Positions 1 through 4,979 of a stretch of DNA of 6,389 bases are shown here, one piece after another. The stretch lies in IMG/VR virus record IMGVR_UViG_2706794662_000016; one strand, written 5' to 3'. The stretch is from a virus. Lineage: Duplodnaviria > Heunggongvirae > Uroviricota > Caudoviricetes. The translations under genes were made by a program, and so were the position numbers. The notes under the pieces were generated by a model, which worked only from the letters and a program-made list of their open reading frames with translations, was not told where the DNA came from and searched no databases. Position 1 is the stretch's first letter. The number at the start of each line of letters is the position of its first letter.

Positions 1-50
1 GGCAGCGGGCTTGTAATGGGTTAAGTGATAACAGATGTCTGGAAATATAG
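1..50 (+). CDS. insD: IS2 transposase OrfB (InsD), C-terminal fragment truncated by window edge
   Basis: In-frame codons from position 3 to TAG at 48-50; peptide matches recalled IS2 OrfB C-terminus. Confidence 0.75.
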   Translation, partial: QRACNGLSDNRCLEI

Positions 51-61
51 GGGCAAATCCA
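1..61 (+). mobile_element. IS2: IS2 right terminus (IRR); body of the element lies left of the window
   Basis: Reverse complement of 1-61 reads TGGATTTGCCCCTATATTTCCAGACATCTGTTATCACTTAACC..., which I recognise as the IS2 right inverted repeat. Codons at 3-50 translate to [15 protein letters not shown]-stop, matching my recollection of the InsD/OrfB C-terminus. Recalled, not searched. Confidence 0.8.
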
Positions 62-116
62 CAACCAGTTGAGCGGATTCGCGTTTAAACTCTGCGCTAA
101 AATTTCTTTTTTTCAT
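62..116 (-). pseudogene. IS911-like orfA (transposase A) N-terminal fragment, disrupted by IS2 insertion
   Basis: Only 18 codons present before the IS2 junction at 61/62. Confidence 0.7.
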
Positions 117-188
117 TGGAGCACCTGTGTTGTTCTGAGGTGAGCATATCACCTCTGTTCAGGTGGCCAAATTCAGTGTGCCACTTCA
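62..188 (-). mobile_element. IS3-family (IS911-like) left end: terminal inverted repeat plus first 18 codons of orfA, interrupted by IS2
   Basis: Minus strand from 188 reads TGAAGTGGCACACTGAATTTGGCCACC..., an IS3-family terminus (TGAAGTGG). Complement of 114-116 is ATG, followed by [18 protein letters not shown], which matches my recollection of IS911 OrfA; the frame is cut at 61/62 by the IS2 end. Confidence 0.7.
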
Positions 189-642
189 CTTAGCAGCACC
201 TAAGCAACAATTGACTAACAGATTCGGTAGAGTCTATCTCATAGGTCAACTTCATAAACTCAGAGCTAAGTTACCTTGAAAGATTCTACCAAGAACTACA
301 CAGGTGTTATTTAGTCTGACTGTGAAGGGATATTTAACGGGAGAAGAGATACGATATAACCCGAAGGGAGAGTATCATCTTAACAATTATCTTAAGAATA
401 AAAACTGAAAAACTCTTAACAGATAACCACCTAGAAAGAAGGGAACGATAAGACCAGAGGTAGTGACCTGTTAAACAGGCTGTTTCAAAGTCTCTTAAAT
501 AAGTAAGGTCATGTGAACAATCTTACCATTTTGTCAATGCTTTTGTCTTTGACCTAAATCAATAAAATGTATCGTTTGATATGCTTTTAAACAAAATAGC
601 TAAAAAATCTTTTTTTAGAGGGGCGCTTCGCTTGGGGTCACT

Positions 643-930
643 ATGAATGATTTTTCTCTCGCTAAGAGAGCGCTTACAGAGGTCTTTCAAATCTCAATAG
701 CCAGCCGAGGAACACAGGAAACCGAGGGAAGAAAAACTATTGTGATTACCTTGAACAAGGTCTGTAAAGGTCGTTTAAGAGGTCGGTTAAGAAAGGAGCT
801 TCCCTCTCTGGGGTTATCGCTCTTCTCCCGATTAGTGGGGCGGTTAAGAGGGCTTGAAGTTATCTGTGAAGGTACTGGACAGCCTTATATATTGGGTGAT
901 TACAACTCGTTGAAAAATAAGCATTTTTAG
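643..930 (+). CDS. Doubtful ORF (95 aa) overlapping DNA repeats; likely non-coding
   Basis: Six-frame ORF with ATG, but no convincing SD or promoter upstream. Its repetitive peptide (GRLRGRLR...GRLRG) simply mirrors tandem 12-bp DNA repeats, and its 3' end lies inside direct repeat R1. Confidence 0.2.
   Translation: MNDFSLAKRALTEVFQISIASRGTQETEGRKTIVITLNKVCKGRLRGRLRKELPSLGLSLFSRLVGRLRGLEVICEGTGQPYILGDYNSLKNKHF
769..850. repeat. Iteron-like 12-mers GG(T)CG(T/G)TTAAGA: tandem pair 769-792, third copy 839-850
   Basis: Direct reading: ggtcgtttaaga / ggtcggttaaga / ggcggttaagag. A related ggtcgtttaa occurs at 1422-1431 inside repeat element A. Confidence 0.6.
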
Positions 931-1042
931 AAGTTACTGTTAAGGTTGCAGAGTTGTCTGTGAAGAGACTTGTCAGTTCTCTATATATGGCTAATTACAA
1001 CTTATTGAAAAATAAGAACTTTTAGAAATTACTGTCAGAGAG
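859..1042. repeat. Two tandem direct repeats of about 90 bp (R1 859-945, R2 953-1042), roughly 80% identical by eye
   Basis: Both copies share gtt(a/g)tctgtgaag ... tatatat(t)gg ... attacaac ... ttgaaaaataag ... ttttagaa(g/a)ttactgt, aligned by eye. Confidence 0.7.
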
Positions 1043-1117
1043 GTGAATGCTTGATAGATACAGCTTTCCGGTTCTGTCAAGCTATTTTTTAATGGATAGC
1101 ACAAAATGCTAAAGACA

Positions 1118-1162
1118 CCCCTGTACCATAGACTTCTATCTGTCATCTCGTGCAGGGGTTTT
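1118..1162. terminator. Palindromic hairpin (CCCCTG ... CAGGGG) followed by TTTT; weak candidate bidirectional terminator at the 3' end of the minus-strand gene
   Basis: 6-bp GC-rich stem at 1118-1123 and 1153-1158 with a T-run at 1159-1162; the 29-nt loop weakens the call. Confidence 0.25.
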
Positions 1163-1170
1163 GAAGGAGT

Positions 1171-1503
1171 TTAACGGGGGTCTGTGTGGTCGTTATCCTT
1201 AAGGTCAAGCGTCCATGTACGACCGAACAGTTTAAAGACAACAAGCACTCTGACGAGGACGTAGCGAAGTAGCAGGCCTGCAATCAGCCCAATACCTCCA
1301 CCAGTCCATACATCAGGTGACCCCAGCTCAGGAGGGAGATTTACCATTAGTTTTCCTTGTAAGACGCTCTCAATCGCATTCTGACACAAAAAGTACCTGA
1401 CCTTATGAGTTGACCTGAAGAGGTCGTTTAACTCGTTACAGGGCGATTGAAGAGGTCTGTGTGCAATGCAAAATATGCGACCAAATACATAGCCACGCCT
1501 CAT
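1171..1503 (-). CDS. Hypothetical small protein (110 aa) with hydrophobic C-terminal segment; alternative 58-aa product from internal ATG (complement 1345-1347)
   Basis: A minus-strand promoter lies immediately upstream, with SD GGGGAGAG 6 nt before the ATG at complement(1501-1503). The C-terminus GGGIGLIAGLLLRYVLVRVLVVF is hydrophobic. The internal Met53 has its own SD (AAGGA). The N-terminal third is encoded across repeat element A, so its true extent is uncertain. Confidence 0.5.
   Translation of the reverse strand: MRRGYVFGRIFCIAHRPLQSPCNELNDLFRSTHKVRYFLCQNAIESVLQGKLMVNLPPELGSPDVWTGGGIGLIAGLLLRYVLVRVLVVFKLFGRTWTLDLKDNDHTDPR
1362..1459 (+). repeat. Bipartite repeat element, copy A: conserved 5' arm (1362-1392) and 3' arm (1426-1459) around a variable core; arms carry inverted repeat CTCAATCGC / GCGATTGA(A)GAG
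   Basis: Near-identical to copy B in both arms (5' arm about 29 of 31 nt, 3' arm 31 of 34 nt by eye); the cores differ in sequence and length. Confidence 0.65.
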
Positions 1504-1525
1504 ATTTTACTCTCCCCATAAACCC

Positions 1526-1555
1526 ATTATACCACAGATGTTACGAAAATGTTAA
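1526..1555 (-). promoter_or_regulatory. Sigma70-type promoter on minus strand (TTAACA - 18 nt - TGgTATAAT) driving the 1171-1503 gene
   Basis: The -10 is complement of 1526-1531 (TATAAT) with an extended TG; the -35 is complement of 1550-1555 (TTAACA); SD and ATG follow within about 25 nt. Confidence 0.6.
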
Positions 1556-1561
1556 AAATAC

Positions 1562-1590
1562 TTGACATTAGTCTTTGAAAATGCTAATAT
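1562..1590 (+). promoter_or_regulatory. Sigma70-type promoter P1 (TTGACA - 17 nt - TGcTAATAT) driving the 1642-2953 operon
   Basis: Consensus -35 TTGACA at 1562-1567, 17-nt spacer, extended -10 at 1582-1590. Its -35 sits 6 bp from the -35 of the divergent minus-strand promoter. Confidence 0.65.
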
Positions 1591-1641
1591 TGTATATATA
1601 GGTTAACAGAATAATAACATCTTATGAGAGTCAGAACATGA

Positions 1642-2199
1642 ATGCAGTATTCAGAATTTAGAGCGATGCTTCAGGCATCAAGAGAACGCAACAAGCACAA
1701 CTCCTACGCTTACACAAACAACCCCACCAGCTACGAAGTCCCAACCTTTAGCAAATCCGAACGTAAGAACATTGAAGCGGTCATTCGTAGCATTACGCCA
1801 CGAGACAGATTTATGCCAGTACGCAAAACAACAAAGAATACTATTAAAAATTATCTGGCTAACTTTGACAGTTACGAGCAGTTACCAAGCAAGCTTGATG
1901 ATGTTTTTATTGGGTTCTGTAGAAGTGAAGGCCACCCGAAATACAACAAAAAACTATTTTATCTGCTAAAGAATCTTGACGAAATTAACGCATCCACCGT
2001 GACAAATCATCTTCAGCGACAGGCAACCAGACTTAGTTACGAATTACCAAGCGATAAATATTGCGCTTTGCTTGCTGTGATGTGCGCGAAATTAATTGGC
2101 ATTGTTGAACATCATATTGCCGTTGGGAATATTGAGCCAATGGAAAACGAGCAACCAGATTTCGAGTTTGACCCCTATTTAGTTACAGAGGATTTTTAA
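1642..2199 (+). CDS. Hypothetical protein (185 aa), first gene of operon
   Basis: Long ORF downstream of P1; the stop TAA at 2197-2199 abuts the next ATG. No family recognised; the SD is weak. Confidence 0.7.
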   Translation: MQYSEFRAMLQASRERNKHNSYAYTNNPTSYEVPTFSKSERKNIEAVIRSITPRDRFMPVRKTTKNTIKNYLANFDSYEQLPSKLDDVFIGFCRSEGHPKYNKKLFYLLKNLDEINASTVTNHLQRQATRLSYELPSDKYCALLAVMCAKLIGIVEHHIAVGNIEPMENEQPDFEFDPYLVTEDF

Positions 2200-2478
2200 A
2201 TGAATAAACACACATTAACCAGAGTTACAAAGACAGCCTTTGATGAACTGAACCGAATCAAAAACATTACAGGTCTGCCACACTCAGCAGTGATGAAGCT
2301 TGCAATTAACCGTGATATTAACGAACAGGATTTGCTTAATAGTCGCTTAGAGGCTGCAAGACACCATATCAGGATTAAGCAAGATGACCTTGATAGTCTG
2401 AAATCCTTAAATGCTTTTGGACTGGATTTAGCAAGGTTACTAAGTATCAAAATTCACAAACTGTCTCAGGAGGTCTGA
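2200..2478 (+). CDS. Hypothetical small protein (92 aa); possible ribbon-helix-helix-like N-terminus
   Basis: SD GAGGA 8 nt upstream; start abuts the upstream stop (TAAATG). The N-terminal HTLTRVTKTAFDELNRIKNITGLPHSAVMKLAI fits a strand-helix-helix pattern by eye only. Confidence 0.7.
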   Translation: MNKHTLTRVTKTAFDELNRIKNITGLPHSAVMKLAINRDINEQDLLNSRLEAARHHIRIKQDDLDSLKSLNAFGLDLARLLSIKIHKLSQEV

Positions 2479-2480
2479 TT

Positions 2481-2753
2481 ATGAAGCAATGGCGAGATGA
2501 TATTAAACGGTTCTTTGCAACTTACTTCATGATTAATTATGAGACAGGAATGCTTGAATGGATTGATGGTGGAGAGGTTAAGACAAGAGATGATGCTTAC
2601 GGTAATCCAATGATTCGTTATGGCACTCGTGATTATTATCTGAAGTATGTCATCTGGTTTTTGCATCATGAAGTTCAGGCAACTAAAAAGATTATCTTCA
2701 GGGATGGTAATAAAAGAAATTGCCACCCAAACAATTTACTCCTGGAGATTTAA
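2481..2753 (+). CDS. Hypothetical small protein (90 aa) with degenerate HNH_3-like signature (IIFRDGNKRNCHPNNLL); catalytic His apparently replaced by Arg
   Basis: Strong SD AGGAGG at 2468-2473, 7 nt before the ATG. The motif resembles the HNH_3 pattern HxDGNKxNN...NL from memory, with R in place of the first His. Confidence 0.7.
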   Translation: MKQWRDDIKRFFATYFMINYETGMLEWIDGGEVKTRDDAYGNPMIRYGTRDYYLKYVIWFLHHEVQATKKIIFRDGNKRNCHPNNLLLEI

Positions 2754-2953
2754 TGTTATGTATTAAATTCGAATATTTGACAGATAAAATGATTAAGCAT
2801 GTATCAGACCTGCTCATCAAAGAAGGTGGTTTCGGTGATGCTTGCAATCCAAAAGATATCTTCATTCATGCCACCAGCCCAAACGCAACACTAAAGACAG
2901 CAGTTACAGCGGAATGGTTTGAACGAAATAAAGCGGAATTAGGTTATTGGTAG
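2753..2953 (+). CDS. Hypothetical small protein (66 aa from ATG 2753; the track ORF begins at an upstream TTG at 2720)
   Basis: ATG overlaps the upstream stop (TAATG at 2751-2755); GGAG lies 6 nt upstream. Confidence 0.55.
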   Translation: MLCIKFEYLTDKMIKHVSDLLIKEGGFGDACNPKDIFIHATSPNATLKTAVTAEWFERNKAELGYW

Positions 2954-2990
2954 TCCGAGACTTTAAGAGAAATTAGAAAAACAGCTTATC

Positions 2991-3111
2991 AGACGCTCTC
3001 AATCGCATTCTAACGCAAAAAACTATCTTATTTTAGGGTGGGTAATACCACTGTACAGGCTACCCCTGAAAAAGACTGTTTAGCTCGTTACAGAGCGATT
3101 GAGGAGGTCTG
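2991..3111 (+). repeat. Bipartite repeat element, copy B: 5' arm 2991-3021, 3' arm 3078-3111, internal inverted repeat CTCAATCGC (2998-3006) / GCGATTGAG (3095-3103)
   Basis: Intergenic, with no ORF across it. Arms match copy A; the core contains palindrome CTGTACAG and a CCCCTGAAAAAG segment. Confidence 0.65.
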
Positions 3112-3131
3112 GTAAAAAGGAGATTTTAAAA

Positions 3132-3455
3132 ATGAACGAATATGAATTACAGATTTTCATTGATAGCGACACTGCTATGATGGTGCAGGCTTTCGCTGAT
3201 TCCGGTGTATCAATTGACCTTGATAAATTACTAAAGCTAATGGCTGAAAACTCAGAAGAAATTGAAGACTTTATTCAGGAAATTGAAACTGGTGAACCGC
3301 GTTTTATGTTTCCTGTTACCGACTCAAACATGAAGCGTCTTATTATCGAAGAAACGAACAAATACAGCGTTAGCCCTGAAAAATATCTCAAGGCGGCTAT
3401 AGCAATTTTGTATAGCGATAATATTCTGGTGACGGATTCGAAGGTGGTGCATTAA
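3132..3455 (+). CDS. Hypothetical acidic protein (107 aa from ATG 3132); possible RHH-like C-terminal region
   Basis: SD AAGGAG at 3117-3122, 9 nt before the ATG; the track ORF begins at an upstream TTG (3099) inside repeat B. C-terminal FMFPVTDSNMKRLIIEETNKYSVSPEKYLKAAIAIL fits a strand-helix-helix pattern by eye. Confidence 0.7.
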   Translation: MNEYELQIFIDSDTAMMVQAFADSGVSIDLDKLLKLMAENSEEIEDFIQEIETGEPRFMFPVTDSNMKRLIIEETNKYSVSPEKYLKAAIAILYSDNILVTDSKVVH

Positions 3456-3520
3456 TGGAATTGGTGATTATCTGTTTTGTATTGATTGGTATGATTGCAG
3501 GTGCATCTATTAAAGTATAA
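3455..3520 (+). CDS. Candidate micro-ORF, 21-aa hydrophobic peptide (MELVIICFVLIGMIAGASIKV)
   Basis: ATG overlaps the upstream stop (TAATG at 3453-3457); SD-like AAGGTGG at 3441-3447, 7 nt upstream. Not in the ORF track (below its length cutoff). Confidence 0.3.
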   Translation: MELVIICFVLIGMIAGASIKV

Positions 3521-3544
3521 ATGTTACCAATCTGTTAAAAGCTG

Positions 3545-3573
3545 TTGACAAACAACCTTGAGCATGACATAAT
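3545..3573 (+). promoter_or_regulatory. Sigma70-type promoter P2 (TTGACA - 17 nt - TGaCATAAT)
   Basis: Consensus -35 at 3545-3550, 17-nt spacer, extended -10 at 3565-3573. Followed by TGTATATATGG, which also follows P1. Confidence 0.6.
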
Positions 3574-3742
3574 TGTATATATGGGGGAGAGCAATTCTCT
3601 CTTATTTTTTCTTTCAATAATCCGATGGATGGATATTCTGAGTTGGAAAGGTGCAATGCTTTTCGTCCTAGCCTTTCAGGTTGGTCTGAGAGGCTATCTC
3701 AAAAAGTCTTTGTTCATTCATTATTGAATCCTTTACAGCTTT

Positions 3743-3770
3743 GCCCTAATCATGAGTTAGGGCTTTCTTT
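3743..3770 (+). terminator. Candidate intrinsic terminator (GCCCTAA - 7-nt loop - TTAGGGC, then TTTCTTT)
   Basis: Perfect 7-bp stem at 3743-3749 and 3757-3763 followed by a U-rich tract. Confidence 0.5.
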
Positions 3771-3840
3771 AAGAGTTTTTAAACAGAGCTTTTAAAGAAA
3801 GTTTTCCTGAAACTTCGTTAACGTTATAAGCAAACCTCCA

Positions 3841-3875
3841 AAGCCCTTCACAGATTATGTTTAGGGCTTTTCTTA
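3841..3875 (+). terminator. Second, weaker hairpin paralogous to the 3743-3770 hairpin (AAGCCCT ... AGGGCTT then TTCTT)
   Basis: 7-bp stem with a 15-nt loop; shares TTAGGGCTTT(T)CTT with the first hairpin. Confidence 0.3.
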
Positions 3876-3946
3876 ATAGAGCATCTTTAATAAATCGTTA
3901 AGTCATCTTCTAAGTGTATTGGCGTTGAAGGTGCTCTATTAAGAAA
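3869..3946. repeat. 15-bp perfect inverted repeat TTTCTTAATAGAGCA (3869-3883) / TGCTCTATTAAGAAA (3932-3946) with 48-nt spacer, in the leader of the 3971 gene
   Basis: Extended base by base until the first mismatch. A second interleaved inverted repeat, CTAAGTGT (3910-3917) / ACACTTAG (3952-3959), abuts the SD GAGG at 3959-3962. Confidence 0.65.
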
Positions 3947-3970
3947 TAACCACACTTAGAGGAAATTATA

Positions 3971-4681
3971 ATGACAAACGATTTATATATTAACGGTAAA
4001 AAGGTTGATAGCTTCGGAGACTGGTCACCACAGGGTGAACATCCGCTACATACTATTCAGCGTCAAGAGCATGACAAGCGCATTGAGCTTGAGCAAGAGC
4101 TAAAGATGTCACCAAAGGTAATTTCCTTTGTGTCTCCTGAGCCTCAAGAAATGCCTGATATCTGCAAAACTGAAGCACTATTTGAGCTTGAGCGTGAATA
4201 TTACCCAGCTTTAAAATCACAGCGTCTTAGACTTGATGTCGCTTACGATGCTGTTAAGAACTTCGAAGAAACCTCGAAACCTTCAGAATATGATATTGCT
4301 TACGAGATTAAGTCAAACCCGTTTATCTATTATGAAGGAAACTTTAATGATGGTTTTGGTACAGCGATTGAAGACGTTCCTAAAGTTCTTCAAAGTATCC
4401 CTGAAGGGTTCCGGTTAATTGATGTCAGACAAGCATTAAGGGGTTCTGGTCAATTTATTCTGATGACTGATAAAACAGATGAAGAGATTCTTCAGTTAGC
4501 TGAAGCTAATTTGACTAAGCATTATTCCGGTAAACTGGATAAGTTAAAGCAAAAGCTTAAAAAAGAACTTGATACTATGAAAGAACTTGTTAGTGAATAT
4601 GAGTCGCAGAAGAAGATTGCTTTGATGGCTGATATTGAGCAGTTAACGAAGATTTCTCAGAAGTATAGCAAGGCTGTTTGA
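3971..4681 (+). CDS. Hypothetical protein (236 aa)
   Basis: ATG with SD GAGG 8 nt upstream; long ORF. No family recognised. Confidence 0.8.
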   Translation: MTNDLYINGKKVDSFGDWSPQGEHPLHTIQRQEHDKRIELEQELKMSPKVISFVSPEPQEMPDICKTEALFELEREYYPALKSQRLRLDVAYDAVKNFEETSKPSEYDIAYEIKSNPFIYYEGNFNDGFGTAIEDVPKVLQSIPEGFRLIDVRQALRGSGQFILMTDKTDEEILQLAEANLTKHYSGKLDKLKQKLKKELDTMKELVSEYESQKKIALMADIEQLTKISQKYSKAV

Positions 4682-4703
4682 TTATGAATTAAAGAGGTGA
4701 TTA

Positions 4704-4913
4704 ATGTTTGAAGAACGTTTAGAGACTATTCGGTCTGTTTGTGAAAACTTAAAGTTACAAACTAAGCCAGCCTTAAGAATTAAAAACAAACGTCAAGTTA
4801 TCACCTCACACAAACCAAAAACACGCAAGATTCCAAAGTGGTGTATTGACCGTATTCCTTCTGATGCTCAAATCATAGGTGAAACGGAATTACATTATCT
4901 TGTCCGACATTAA
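4704..4913 (+). CDS. Hypothetical small basic protein (69 aa)
   Basis: SD AGAGGTG immediately upstream of the ATG; followed by a terminator. Confidence 0.65.
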   Translation: MFEERLETIRSVCENLKLQTKPALRIKNKRQVITSHKPKTRKIPKWCIDRIPSDAQIIGETELHYLVRH

Positions 4914-4936
4914 AAAAGAATTGGTTGGGTAAATAC

Positions 4937-4979
4937 GGGGAGAGATTATCGAGTGACATCGGTAGCTCTCCCTTTTTTT
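4937..4979 (+). terminator. Intrinsic terminator (GGGGAGAG ... CTCTCCC then TTTTTTT)
   Basis: 7-bp GC-rich stem at 4938-4944 and 4966-4972 followed by seven T at 4973-4979; the 21-nt loop is long. Confidence 0.6.

Noticed and set aside
1581-1605. dif-like Xer recombination site around TGTATA at promoter P1
   Set aside because: The central TGTATA matches but the flanking arms fit the XerC/XerD half-sites poorly, and the same sequence at P2 lacks GTTAA; better explained as promoter -10 plus a shared start-site motif.
1772-1969. 65-aa ORF nested inside gene 1642-2199 in another frame
   Set aside because: Fully embedded in a longer ORF that has promoter context; no independent start signals.
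2196-2726. Minus-strand ORFs 2196-2450 and 2466-2726
   Set aside because: Antisense to the tightly coupled plus-strand operon; no promoter or SD seen.
1362-3111. Retron msr/msd interpretation of the repeat elements (flanking inverted repeats around a structured core)
   Set aside because: No reverse transcriptase ORF follows either copy; adjacent ORFs are small and lack any RT motif I can see.
1362-3111. Integron attC sites or a CRISPR array
   Set aside because: Arms do not match the attC core sites (RYYYAAC / GTTRRRY) and no integrase is present. Only two copies with long, unequal cores and no regular repeat-spacer periodicity argue against CRISPR.
1362-3111. Lambda-type nut site (boxA plus boxB) in the repeat elements
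   Set aside because: CGCTCTCAA resembles boxA and copy B contains CCCCTGAAAAAG reminiscent of boxB, but the boxB-like segment does not form the expected hairpin and is missing from copy A. Kept only as a weak possibility.
3568-3590. T7-like phage RNA polymerase promoter (TATA then GGGAGA at +1)
   Set aside because: Superficial resemblance only; canonical sigma70 -35 and -10 elements at correct spacing explain both promoters.
3545-3727. 60-aa ORF from the six-frame track
   Set aside because: It starts at a TTG that is the -35 hexamer of promoter P2, has no SD, and spans hairpin and U-tract structures; more likely part of a non-coding transcript.
4233-4418. 61-aa ORF nested inside gene 3971-4681
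   Set aside because: Alternative-frame ORF within a longer, better-supported gene; no SD.
3971-4913. Tail assembly chaperone G/GT pair with programmed frameshift upstream of the tape-measure-like gene
   Set aside because: The 69-aa ORF has its own strong SD and 22-nt gap, sits in the +1 rather than -1 frame relative to the 236-aa gene, and is followed by a terminator; neither protein shows features I recognise as a chaperone or major tail protein.
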